DNA of 64,000 nucleotides from Chrysomallon squamiferum (GCA_012295275.1 CM022668.1:14942001-15006000), one strand, 5' to 3'; shown: positions 15,074-29,113, numbered from the stretch's first letter. Translations and numbers: made by a program. The notes: generated from the sequence alone by a model not told the origin.

Positions 15074-16135
15074 TTATGTTCTCTGCTCCGCCGAATGACT
15101 GAAGGAAAGGTCTTCAGCTTTTCCAAAATCTTCTTTTTCTTTTCTTTTTTCTTTAAAATCGTCCCAGAGAAAATGTACAAGCTCGGCAGACTGCAACTCG
15201 CATCCTTTAAGCGAGAGAAAATGGACCGCGAGAATTCCGTCGAATCCTAGAAAATGTTTCACAAAACTGTCTACGTCATCCTCTTCCAGATCGCGATTTT
15301 CAGACTTGAGATACGTCACGATTCTGCTTCGAGAGAAGCACGGAACGGTGACGTAGATTACCCAGAATGCCAAGCTGAGGAGCGTGAGGACTGCGACAAA
15401 GAGAAACCAGTAGAAGAGGAAAATGAACAGTTTGTCGTAGACCTCGCAAACGGGGATCCTGCACTGCAGAGTGTACCTCACGACATTTTCGTGTCTCAAG
15501 ATCGACAAGTCGTTGAGGACGGGATCCTTCGCGAAGAAAGCTTCCGACGTCGTGCGATTCCCCAGTCCCAGATCAACATGGCGTCCCGATTTGAATTGGA
15601 CTTGCAGGAAAACGATCTGCGCCAACAGGTTGACGCACAAGAGGATTTTTTTGCCCAAGTACGACAACGTCATCAAGTTGCTGTTGTTGCGTAAAAACTG
15701 GCCCATCAGCTTCGCCGTCTTTTTCACCACCCCGGTTTTCTCGGCGTCCGGGTTGCTCAGTTTCGATGCCAGATCGTCCATGTTGAATATCTGCCTCGAC
15801 GCGAAGAATTCTACCAGAGACGTCAGCGCCCGAGGTATCGTGAAAGCCAGAGCTTGCAGGAAAAGAACGAGCGGAATCCACAGGTGGTATGATTTTTTGA
15901 GCGCCAGACTTTTTTCCTCCAGTAAATTCATTGACTCGACGATCGGTGGAAAACTCTCCGTCAGAAACGCCGAGGTTTCGCTGTAGGCAACTTGGGCGTG
16001 CGTGAACGGAGGCGGGGTCCAGCAGACAACGGACAAAGCCGGAAAGAACCGAACGACGAACGCGCCCAGTGCGCATGCGCTGATTAAGTAAACGCACCAA
16101 AAGTCGTTCACTCTGTCTATGGAGTCAATTTTCAT
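15074..16135 (-). CDS. Divergent innexin (innexin/pannexin family channel), 353 aa, uninterrupted coding exon
   Basis: Long, complex ORF with 4 hydrophobic segments and innexin motifs in the canonical order: D-x2-DR before TM1; CW-x-P-x2-F...Y in EL1; YHLWIP-x2-L-x2-QA-x2-F-x2-P (canonical YYQWVP...QA..F..P); Y-x3-K-x-L-x3-N-x3-Q (TM3); YTLQC-x2-P...DKLFIFLFYW (canonical YTVQCVLP.N.FNEKIF.FLWFW); C-terminal FLGFDG...ELVHFLW. A minus-strand tttcag acceptor at ~16180 suggests an upstream 5'UTR exon. Confidence 0.88.
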   Translation of the reverse strand: MKIDSIDRVNDFWCVYLISACALGAFVVRFFPALSVVCWTPPPFTHAQVAYSETSAFLTESFPPIVESMNLLEEKSLALKKSYHLWIPLVLFLQALAFTIPRALTSLVEFFASRQIFNMDDLASKLSNPDAEKTGVVKKTAKLMGQFLRNNSNLMTLSYLGKKILLCVNLLAQIVFLQVQFKSGRHVDLGLGNRTTSEAFFAKDPVLNDLSILRHENVVRYTLQCRIPVCEVYDKLFIFLFYWFLFVAVLTLLSLAFWVIYVTVPCFSRSRIVTYLKSENRDLEEDDVDSFVKHFLGFDGILAVHFLSLKGCELQSAELVHFLWDDFKEKRKEKEDFGKAEDLSFSHSAEQRT

Positions 16136-16849
16136 CGTGATCTTTTTTTTTTTTTTTTTAATTTTCTTTTCTACTTGTCCTGAAATTAAACAGAATAATA
16201 CTTGTAATTAAATATTTAAATTGATCTGACAGACATAAATTGACTGTTACTATTTTTGCATAGTAATGACGGATATCGGGGAAATGGATTTTTGAATATT
16301 TGCTCTTACTGTAGGCTGTGGTCTATAATCAAATAAGATTAAAAAAGAAAAGAAGAAAATAATAAAGAAAGAAAAAAGAGAGAGAAAAGAAAAGAGAGAT
16401 AAATGGAAAAGTAAAGAAAAAAAAAAAAAGTATCAAATAAGCAGAAAAATAAAATATAGAAAAAAAAAAAAAACAAGAAGATAAAAAGAAAAAAAGAAAA
16501 AGAAAAAACAAGCAGGCAAGCAAGCAAATAATTACAGATAAATATATTAAAACAAAATTTAATAAAAATTAAATAATAACTAACTAACTAACTAACTAAG
16601 TAAACAAAAGCTGTAGTAGTAATACTAATAGTGGCGTACTAGTAGCAGTCTCGACAAAAATAGTAGAAGTAGTGCTAGCAATAATAATAGCAATATTAAT
16701 ATTAATTTAAGTTTCACTATTAGTATTAGTATTAGTGGTTGTATTATTAGCAGTAATAATAATACCAGTAGTTGTTGTTGTAGTAGTAGTTTACCAGTAG
16801 CAGCAATATTATTTGTAGTAATATTAGTATTAGTATTAGTAGTAGTAGT

Positions 16850-17203
16850 AATGGTAGTAGTCATTGTAATAGTAATATAGTAACCGTAGCAATAGTAATA
16901 GTTACAGTAGTAATAGTAGTAGTAGTAGTAGTATTACTAGAAGTAATAGTTGTAATAATAATAGTAGTAGTGGTAGTAATAGTAGTAATAGTAGTAGCAA
17001 TAGTAGTAATAATAGTAGCAGCAGTTGCAGTAGTAACAGTAATAGCAGTTATAGTAGTAGTGGTAGTAGTAATAGTAGTAGTAGTAGTAATAGTAGTAGC
17101 AGTAGTAGTAGTAGTAGTAGTAGTTGTTGTTGTAGTAGTAGTAGTAGTAGTAATAGTAGTAGTAGTAGTAATAGTAGTAGTAGTAGTAGTAATAGTAGTA
17201 GTG

Positions 17204-17281
<78 letters not shown>

Positions 17282-17282
17282 A

Positions 17283-17320
<38 letters not shown>
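16850..17320. repeat. (GTA)n trinucleotide microsatellite
   Basis: Long gtagta array; similar arrays at 640-900, 25619-25708 and ~63000-63300. Confidence 0.95.
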
Positions 17321-17321
<1 letters not shown>

Positions 17322-17858
17322 AAATAACAAGCCTACCCCTCAGGTTCTCTGTTCAGATTTGTTCTGAAACTGATCAAAGTTGTAACTTCTGTACAGGAAC
17401 CAGTTGGAAATAATAACAATGAAATGATTATGATCATTTAGTAACTTAACATTCCAGGGTAAATCATCGCCTCACTAATTCAGCTTAATATGCTAATTAA
17501 GCACACAGATTAATGAACTAAATAGCAACATAAAACAGTTCGACATTTCACTGAATGTAAACAAATATATGACATTTCTCAAGTAGGACTATTAGCGTTT
17601 GTATTATATTTTAGTGTTGTTGTTGTAATAATAATAATAACAACAACAACAACAGCAATAATAATAATAATAGTAATAATGATAATAATAATAGTGAGCA
17701 TAATAATAATAATAGTAATAATAACAATAATAATAATGATGAGAATAATAATAATGATAATGATAATAATAATGATAATAATAATAATAATAATGATAAT
17801 AATAATGATAATGATGATAATAATAATAATAATGAGCATAATAATAATGATGATAATG

Positions 17859-17919
<61 letters not shown>

Positions 17920-17944
17920 GTAATAGTAATAATAGTAGTAATAA

Positions 17945-17975
<31 letters not shown>

Positions 17976-18874
17976 ACAAACAAATGCACTTCTCTCCTTT
18001 CGAAAACTCCAAGGGGCTGTACGTGAATGGTTTTCATATTTATTTAATTTCTTGCTCTTCGCTCTCCACCGGATTTGCAAGTATAAGCAATGGCCGCAGC
18101 CTCATCAAAGTGAGGTTGTGCGCATGCGTATCACTGCCATGTCAAACTCTTTGATCTGGTAAAACATTTGATTAGCAACAGTATTAACACCTGAATCTGG
18201 CAAGTTGAGGTGTCCTGACTTGCAGTATTTTCATGTAGAACGGTTTTCCCCGCGGCGTGAAGGATCTCGAGATCAAAACACCTTCAGAGCATTTGGTTTC
18301 TTCGGACTGTACATTTGTACCCCTGTTTTTGAATTTTGTTGTAGCAAAAGCAATAAATAAATAAATAAATAAATAAATAAAACCAGAAGAAAACCAAACA
18401 CAAAATAAAATAAAATAAAATAATTAATAAAAATAAATAAATATATATATTTTAAAAAATATAACAATTACACCAACAACACTAATAACGATAATAATAA
18501 CAACAGGTTGAATAATTATATTTAATTTTATTAATATTTTATTTTATTTTATTTTATTTTTTAAAATGCGTTTTTTAAATTGTTTTTGTTACTTTTCTTT
18601 TTTTCTCATTTTTTCTCTTTTCTGTTATTTCATTTTTATTTTCATTTTTAATTTATTTGTGTGTCTTTGTGTATATTCCTCTCCTTTTCTATATATTTAT
18701 TATTATTATTATCATCATCATCATGATCATGATCATGATCATTATTAATTTATTATTAATTATTATTATTATTATTACTTTATTATTTTAATTTACAATT
18801 AATTTCACTGTAGGTAGTAATTTAATGGGTTGAATAAAACAGGGATATTTAGAAGTGTATATTTTTCTTTTTTT

Positions 18875-18949
<75 letters not shown>

Positions 18950-19475
18950 CTTCTTCTTCTTCTTCTTCTTCTTCGTCTTCTTCTTTTTCTTCTCCCGAAA
19001 ACAATTCTCGTTTCTCTTTGACAATTTACTTGGTACCACAGTGTGGGTTGGCCAGGACAGGAACATTTTTAAATGTTTCTCCTCCTTTTTCAGCCTGTTG
19101 TTAAAAATGTAGTAATTATCCTTTTCGTTTCTTCTCATTTTTTTTATTTTTTTTTTGTTCGTGTCTTTCATTTTGAAAGTGTAAATAGATTTTTGATCTT
19201 TTGCAGAAAAGGTCATGGGTTGGACGCTTTTTTTTCTCTTGAAGGTACAGAAGAATGCAAGCAAGTTGTTTAAGAGTTAAAAGAAAAAGAAAAATGGAAG
19301 AGGTGGGGTAGAGAGATTTATGTTGAAGTTTATGCAACAACAACAACGACAACAACAAAGGAAATAGAAAGTGCGATAGGAGCAGGAACATTAAAAGTAA
19401 TGATGATAATAATAATAAAAATAATAATAAAAAAGTAACAGTACAATAATAATAATGATGATGATGATGATGATG

Positions 19476-19523
<48 letters not shown>

Positions 19524-20009
19524 GTAATAGTAGTAATATCACTGTGATATTCGTGATGATAATTATGATGATTAAGATGATGTTGATGATACTAATATAG
19601 CAAGAGCAAATAAAAGAGATACAATATTAATTAGTAGAAATGAAATAATAATAAAAAATATAAAAATAAAATCGAAAGAGAGACAAACAGAGCAACAAAG
19701 AAGATACAAGAGAAAGAAAAAAGAAAGAAGAAAAAATTTAAAAACTAAAAAATAAAAATAAAACGAAAATAGAACATATTAAATAAATAATCAAATCAAA
19801 TAAATAAACAAACAAACAAACAAACAAACAAATAAAATAAATAAATAAACAAACAAATAAACAAACAAATAAACAAACAAATAAACAAATAAATAAAGAA
19901 AAAAAAAAAAGATACAAGAAAGAAAAAGAAAGTGCCCCACAAACTCGACCGCACAAGCGTATCATTCGATACGACCCAGAACCTTAATAAAGACATATTT
20001 TCAACAAAC

Positions 20010-20099
<90 letters not shown>

Positions 20100-20481
20100 G
20101 CCTGTTGAATAGCGCGTTTTTATATCGCAACAACGATTACTGTCGCCAAAGACGGTTAATTCAATAAAAGAAGCGAAGTGTGAAATTCTAGCCCGACAAA
20201 CAACTGACTTGACTGGTTGCTCTGTCAGCTGATAGCCCTGTAGCTTGACAAACCCATCGCGGCGTAACAACACGCCGGTCGACAGTCGCCTATCCCGTGA
20301 CAGGTCACGTGAGAGGTAAAAGCCTTTGAAGACATTGTTGAAAAGTGTGTGTGTTTTTTTTAACCGATGTACCGTTACAAGATTGGCACACCCTTTTATT
20401 TTTTTATTTTTTTATTCTTTCTTTCCTCACTTTTACTGTTCTTTCTTCTTCTTCTTCTTCTTCTTCTTCTTCTTCTTCTTC

Positions 20482-20519
<38 letters not shown>

Positions 20520-20999
20520 TACATTCTTTATTATTAGCATTAGTATTAGTATAATATTTATTACTGTTGTTGTTGTTGTTGTTATTATTATTATATTATT
20601 TGTCCCATTTACACTGTCTTTCTTTTAATCACTATTTTCATTATTCTTTAAGTTATATGAATATTATTATAAATATGTGTAAATATGTACGTATATGTAT
20701 GTAATATTATATATATATTAGTGTGTGTACGAACATGCATAATTATATTTTAAATGTATGTTCAAACATGTGTAAATGTATGTACATACATATACACTTG
20801 TGTAAACAATACGTATATATGTATATGTGTGTGTGTGTGAACATGCATAATTATATATTAAATCTATCTATCTATATATATATAATTATATATATCTCTC
20901 TTTCTCTCTCTCTGTGTAAACATGTCTGTCTGTCTGTCTCTCTCTGTGTATATATATATATATAATTATATATCTATCTCTCTCTCTGTCTATCATCTG

Positions 21000-21065
<66 letters not shown>

Positions 21066-21066
21066 A

Positions 21067-21188
<122 letters not shown>

Positions 21189-21410
21189 TGTGTGTATATT
21201 AGAGTGTACAAATAGATGTGAATGTGTTTGTGTACGTATGTAATACATTTTTTCGAGACTGATGGTTTCTGTAAGAAAACAGGCTGACGAAAGAATACGT
21301 CATTAATTTCACTCCCACACGTGTCCTTGTGTTTGTTACACTGCATTAATAACAGGAGAAAGTCTGCTTGCGTGGTTAGCTGGTCTTCTTCCTCGACAGA
21401 GTAACTCACA

Positions 21411-21525
<115 letters not shown>

Positions 21526-21730
21526 TGTATGTGTGAGTGAGTGTTTGTGTGGATGTTGTTTTGATATTAAATACTCATAAAACGAGTCATATAGATACGT
21601 AGATACATACAGACACAGTTTAGTCATACACACACACACCCTAACGTACACATATACACAAAAACTTCTGTCATGCTTGCGTTAACATATTCAGATATAC
21701 AAATATACACACACATTCAGCCTCAAATAC

Positions 21731-21832
<102 letters not shown>

Positions 21833-22201
21833 AATTACAATCTTACCCATACGCGAGAAATACCCTCTCAAACAAAAACAGTTGATACTTTACTGCCACC
21901 CCCACCAACACCCCACCCCACCCACAACACCAAAACTCTTTTCCAGGACTTTCTTTCTTTCGTTTTTTTAATTTTTTTTCCCTCTATCTTCTTCTAACCT
22001 CTGACATTTCAGTGCAATGTACCCAGAAATCTCTTCTTCATACACCTCTGCAACCTTTGACATTTTTTCTCCCCCATCCCGTACACTAGTCACGTGAGGT
22101 GCGGCGACCTCTCGTGTCACCTGGTTAGGAAATTGACGACAGTGATCTGTTTCATTATCTGGACACGGATTTTAACGTGGAGGACTCAGTTTGTGGTAAA
22201 C

Positions 22202-22238
<37 letters not shown>

Positions 22239-22425
22239 TCTGTTTTTCGCTTTGATTACCTGGCAGGTATTTTTACAGCGTTTCTGAGTCAACTCTGTTG
22301 TCGCTGGATGTCACTTGACTTCTTCGTTTTATTTGTCGATTTCGCTTCGTTCATTTCTTGACGTGTACATTTCAGAAGGTGTGGATTTTTTTTGGGATTG
22401 CGTGCTGTTTATTTATTATATAGTG

Positions 22426-22650
22426 TCGATTTCTGTGTTTTAATTTCTGTGTGTTAATTTGTGTGTTCGGATTTTACCTGGTAATAATTTGTGTTTATTT
22501 AAAACACATCGATTTCTGTGTGTTATTTTTTGTTATTTTTCTGTTCGGATTTTACCCGGTAATAATTTGTGTTTTGTTTAAAACACATCGATTATTGTGT
22601 TTTAATTTCTGTGTGTTAATTTGTGTATGGATTTTCCTGGTAATCATTTG
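22426..22650. repeat. ~80-bp tandem repeat, about 3 copies
   Basis: tcgatttctgtg...ttcggattttacctggtaataatttgtgttt...aaaacaca repeated. Confidence 0.8.
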
Positions 22651-23080
22651 ATTGTGGATTTAAAAAGAAAAAAATGTTGGTACTAATTTATGTTTGAATT
22701 AGTACGTTAGTTTATAAAGGTGTCGGATATTCTATTTTCTGTTTCGAATTTCTTCTCTTAATTTGTGTTAGATTTTTGTGGTGTTGATTTTTCGGTGAAA
22801 GCAGGATACAAATACTGGATTATTTATCTTTCTTTACATACGTGTTTTGCTTGCTTCTGTTTTATTTATTTATTTATTTATTTATTCACACATACACACA
22901 CAAAGACACACAAACGTATTATTATTATTATTGTTATTATTGTTATTATTATTATTATTATTCATCATCATCATTACTTCTGAAGTATTTCAGATTATAT
23001 ATTTTCATTTTGCAGTTTATAAAGAGAACCGCATTTCAGAAACAAGGGTAAGTTACTTTTAATATTTAATATCATATATT

Positions 23081-23191
<111 letters not shown>

Positions 23192-23636
23192 TTCTTGTCT
23201 AAGTATAGTCTAACTATGATGAATAGAAAAAAAACATTGTTCAACCTTTTTAGCAAATCCATATTTGTCTTTAATTATCTCAATGTACTATGATAAGTGG
23301 CCACTGACAGGAATTGAACTGATGAGCTGTCGCTTGTAAAGTCTGTCTGCTTATCCGTTGAAAACTAGATATGAAAATAACTCTTAATTATTATCCAAGT
23401 TACTGAAAAGTCCTGGATTACGCTGGTCCACTAGGACATAATTATACTCATCATCATCATCACCAGTTGAATGATTATCATCATCACCACCACCACCACC
23501 ATCATCATTATCATCATAATCATCATTATCATCGTCATCATCACCACCACCATCATTATTATCACTATAATCCTTAGAATTATCAAGATCATATATTGTC
23601 ATATTTGTTGTTAATAATGACTGGTCTTAACATGTT

Positions 23637-23845
23637 GGTAGCTCAGTGGTTAGAGCACTCGTTCAAAGTTACAGGAATCGCTGAATCATTTCTTCTCTGT
23701 CTTATCTAAGGCTATTTTCCCGTTCCAAACAGAGCCATGCGACTAATTTATCGAAGTGTGTGATATGTGTTTCTCTGCCTATGAGAAGGTGCATAATATA
23801 GACGATTGTTGCTAGCGGACAAAAAAAATAAAAACAAAACAACCT
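23637..23845 (+). mobile_element. Decayed tRNA-derived SINE
   Basis: tRNA-like head GGTAGCTCAGTGGTTAGAGCAC with Pol III A-box; no intact cloverleaf or B-box; about 160 bp body, then an A-rich tail. The body motif ctattt(t)cccgttcc recurs at ~60078 and, more degenerate, at ~61917. Confidence 0.6.
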
Positions 23846-23978
23846 AACAACCTGATAAAATAAATGAAAAACGACGATATGATTAATGGAATGAAAATGG
23901 TAATGAAAACGATAACAATGATAAAAAATAAATAAAAAATATAATATTACGAAAGGACGTGATTACGAAAGGACGTTG

Positions 23979-24047
<69 letters not shown>

Positions 24048-24685
24048 CAACTATTAGTCACCCAAAGGGTTTGATCCTACTTCCCTCAAGCCGTTGGTGA
24101 ACGCGTTACCAATACGTAGCATTTCGCTAATGTTTTCTGTAGGATTTGTAGAAAATGTTTGCCTCGTTCTCATGAACCGTTCAGCATACAGATCAAACGT
24201 AACAAGTTGTGACGTCATCACAACCTTTTATTTTTTTTTTTATCTTCTTTTTCTTAAAACTGCGGAACATCGACACCTTTAAGTTACCTTTTTATGAGGA
24301 GAAACTTAAACGACACGCGGTTATTTCTCGTTCTTAACTGCTTGCTCGCTTGGACTGTGGTTAAGCTTTCGACTTTTAAATTCTAGGTGATAGGATCGCT
24401 TCCAGTTACCAGATTCTGGCCAAATTTAATTACGTATTTTTTTTTTTTTTTTTTTTTTTTAATTAATAAAAGATTTAGAATACTGTTCTAATAAAAGCTT
24501 GTTTGAATGTTTGTCCGGTTTAAGCGGGTTTAATATATTCATGTAAACTCTATAGCATAGTGCAGTGTCAGTTTATTTTAGGAGCGGATGGTTGCAGGTT
24601 CGAAACCAGTGAGAGTAACTTTGAATTAATTATATTTTGTTTTGTAGAAAATATATTGTTGTTGTTGTTGTTGCTTTAGGTTTGT

Positions 24686-24774
<89 letters not shown>

Positions 24775-25089
24775 CTGTTTGGGTTGGTGTTGTTGCTGCA
24801 GTTGTTGTTTCATCATCATCACCGACGTCACCGTTTAATCCTCATCACCATATTGCTGTCGTTGTCGCTGCTATATTATTTTCTCTTTGGAAGCTTCACA
24901 TTTACGTTTAATTAAAAAAAAAAAAAAATTTTACTTTATTATTTTGAAATGCTATTAAAATACACAGCCCACGTTAAACACGCTTGAACCCTTTCTGACA
25001 TTAAAACAAGGCATTAAATTAGTCCCTACCCGAAATACAATCCACATAATCACTTGATCATAAGAAACATTCATCACAATGGAAACATT

Positions 25090-25144
<55 letters not shown>

Positions 25145-25540
25145 TTACTTAAACGTTAAACTGCACCTTGGAGAAATGTGACAGCCTCGGCGAAAGATTA
25201 ACTAAAATAATTAAAGTCTTATAACACCCGTTCATTGTTTATCCATCCGCTTTAACACATAGTGCGCTAGAATGATGTAGCCGGATATCGTCTGAACTGG
25301 CCGATATGTTTACACTGTAAAATGTCTGTTGACATTAAACGACTCTGGTGGCATGTCGAGCGACTGTGAAGTATGTGTTATAATTCATTCACGTTTGTTG
25401 TTCGTGCTGTAGTATACGTGTTAACAGTTATTTTAATAGGTTTACTGTAATGCTGCGTAAAATGTGGCCCAGTTATTATTATTATTATTATTTATTATTG
25501 ATTATTATTATTATTGTTATTATTATTATTATTATTATTA

Positions 25541-25575
<35 letters not shown>

Positions 25576-25617
25576 TTAAATAATTATGTTATAGTTCAAC
25601 AACAACTATTAACAGGA

Positions 25618-25709
<92 letters not shown>

Positions 25710-25773
25710 AGCTATTTCTATTAGTATCATTACTACTAATACCACACTACTAAACCATAACACACAAAGTAAA

Positions 25774-25804
<31 letters not shown>

Positions 25805-26384
25805 TAACAATAATAAATAATAATAACAAATAATAATAATAATAAATAATAAAATAAATAAATAAATAAATAATAATAATAAATAATAAAAAATAAATAA
25901 AATTAATAACAATAATATAATAATAATAACAACAACAACAACAACAACAACAACAATAATAATAACAATAATAATAATAATAATAAACAACATATAATAC
26001 CATACAATGCCAAACACACCACACGATATACAATGCCATAAATACCACACAGTACGAAACACACCATACTACACTACACCAACTCAGAACGTCTAAAACT
26101 GTATCATGTTCTGTATACCTGCTTTTTAATTTATCTGCATACCTGGGAACATGCGGCCACCCAGTAACTAAAATCCATCTACCCAGCTTTCTCTCTCTCT
26201 CTCTCTGTGTGTGTGTCTGTGTGTGTCTCTGTTATTTATTATCAGTCAGTTTATCATAACAAACTGATGTACATGTATATCTATACAAAAAAAGAAATGA
26301 AAAGAAAAAGGATATAAATAAATAATAAAAGAAAAAAAGGAAAAGAAAAAAGAAAATAAAGAAAAAGAAGTAGAAAAAGAATAT

Positions 26385-26415
<31 letters not shown>

Positions 26416-28096
26416 TTTATATATTTTACAACTCAACTAAAATCAAGAAGGATTAATGCTCGTGTAGATTTTTATCGAACGAAAGCGTCGTTTGTCATGC
26501 TACATTCCTCCTTTTCATATTGCGCACCGGCGCGTTCCTCTTCCGTCGTATCATTTCATCCTCAAACAAGCGACGCCGTTTTGCAGTCAGTCGACAAAAC
26601 ACGAAAAACATTTTTTTGGGGGGGGGGACAAAAGACAGCGACAGAAACGAGAACAACAAAATATATGATAAAAATGTACGAAACAATTAGTAAGAAAAGT
26701 AAAACCCATACTCAGCTCCGTTTCACTCGTCACATAAATAGTTTTTTTTTTTGTCCTTCGTCGTCTTTTAGCCTCATCCCATGTCGGAGATACGATCGTA
26801 TTGACTCGGGGATTAACGGAGCTGGCCTATGTCGTCTGAACGTCGGTCGTGTTGATCCGCTAATTTCGGAGACCGACACGGAGTTACACGAAAAGTAGCG
26901 ATGTTTGGAAAACTTAAAAGATAGGTTTTTTTTTTTTGTCCTGGATAGTGAGAGAACACAGAATTTACATGAGGAACTTTGAATATCGAGTATACTGATT
27001 TTTATTTTATTTTTATTTATTTATTTTATTTATTTATTTATTTATTTATTATTTATTTATTTATTTATTTGTTTATTTTATTTTATTTTATTTTATTTTA
27101 TTTTATTTTATTTTATTTTATTTTATTTTATTTTATTTTTTAACTTATTTTATTTATTTATTTATTTATTTATTTTATTTTATTTATTTATTTATTTTTT
27201 TTATTTTATTTATTTTTTTATTTTATTTTTATTTATTTATTTAATTAATTACTTTCTCACCTATTTCTGCGGTTAAAATGTTTAGTTAGGTATTACATCA
27301 GGAGTATAAACAAACAAACAAAAACTACAAATAATTCAGAATTAAAAATAAATTAACAAATAAATAATGCAGAATTAATGAACGAACGAACATCAAATAA
27401 ATAAATAAATAAATAAACAAACAAACAAACAAATAAATAAATAAATCAATCTCTCCAACTAATTTCATTGCCATTTTCCTTCACTACTGATCCTCAATAA
27501 GATTCATTTCACCTTGGCATTTGATTATTTTTCCCCCCCGTTCTCAAATTCTCTTTCTATTCCTACTTCCCCCAGTTTGACCCCTAAGACATTCATCTAC
27601 AGTCATCCCATCGATCCCTAGGGACTGAAAGAACAGCAACTCAAGCTGACCCTTGCTTTCCCCAAATCCTTCTGCTCCCATGTTTTGTTTTGCGTCTCAT
27701 TCTCAGCAGACGTCGCCCGCTTAACGGCGGGAAAGGAAGGGATAGGTCAACTCGCTTTATAAATAAAGCTCAAAGACTGGCTGACAATTAATTCGTTATT
27801 TGCTTTGAGAAGTGCCGAGGAGGGTCTGCTGGAATCACTTTCGTCTTCAGGTTTGATGTTGTAATTTGGGTGTGTTCCTCAGATTTATATCGTCTGCGGT
27901 GAAACGTTTTTGCAAGAACTTGTCCGAAAAGAAAGAAAGAAAGAAAGAAAGAAAGAAAAGAAAAGAAAAAAAAAAAAAAAAAAAAAAAAAAAAGACCCTA
28001 GAACAGAGTGTGATGACGTTTTATTTAAATGAGAATAATGTATGGTTGTGACGTCAAAGGATAACAATTAATACTAAAAAAAATAAAAAAAAAAAA

Positions 28097-28130
<34 letters not shown>

Positions 28131-28388
28131 GAAGAAGAAGAAAAAAGAAAGAATACTTTCGCTTAATTAATTAAACACCACTACTACCATCACGACCACC
28201 AACAACAACATCAACTATTACTACTACAATTACTACAGCAACAGCTACTATTACAACTGCTATTGCTTGCTTGCATTATGGTTTATTTTTAAAATAATTA
28301 TTAATATGTTTTATTAAAGACCGATATGATTTGTATATTACTGTTGCTGTTATTGTTATTATTATCGTCATCATCATCATCATTGTCG

Positions 28389-28427
<39 letters not shown>

Positions 28428-28767
28428 GTTTGACGTTCTATTTTGTTTTACTTTTAGGCACTACAATGTTAATTTCACATTTCTAATTTCTAATTTCACT
28501 CCCCCCGTCCTCAACTTTGTTCCCCTTCTCCCTTCCCTTACCACTCCCCATCTTTTAACTCCCCCCTTTTGCTCTTCTTTCCCCCTATCGTCCCCTTCCA
28601 CTTAAATCACCAACTTAACAATCTTCCAAAACAACTTTGAGTTTCTGACCTCCATTACTCCATTACGATAACGAGTTTGCTTCACCTATAACGGTAGAAA
28701 AGTTTCTATGATTTTTTATTTTTTTTTGGTTTGTTGTTGTTGTTTATTTCTTCTAGTGGTTTTTCAC

Positions 28768-28805
<38 letters not shown>

Positions 28806-29073
28806 AAAAAAAAAAAAAAAAGGAAAAAAAAAAAAAAAAAAAAGACGATAGCTACTATTATATAGCTAATTAACAGGTGTTAAGGGTATCTGTTACACAT
28901 GCCTCGATCTGGAAGCAATCACGAGACGCCCATGCACTTTATTTTTACTGTCCTCCCCCTCTTTTTTTATTTACAGAACAAGTGCCCTGCAGCCTGGAAT
29001 CTAAAAGAAGAAAAAGAAGAAGAAGAAGAAGAAGAAATACGTTCTTGAGAAAATAACGAAATAGAGGGAGTTG

Positions 29074-29113
<40 letters not shown>

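Noticed and set aside
15254-16100. ORFs 15254-15694(+), 15471-15986(+) and 15573-16100(-)
   Set aside because: Shadow frames of the GC-rich innexin CDS.
23319-23365. CTGATGA...GAAA resembling a hammerhead ribozyme core
   Set aside because: No stem II pairing closes the core and I could not find stems I/III.
23637-23710. Possible tRNA gene
   Set aside because: Only the D-arm/A-box part is tRNA-like; no T-arm, acceptor stem or terminator, so called a SINE relic.
24294-24386. Signal-peptide-like MRRNLNDTRLFLVLNCLLAWTV (and a similar stretch near 4287-4400)
   Set aside because: No donor in the phase required by Wnt10 exon 2; hydrophobic reads are expected from T-rich DNA.
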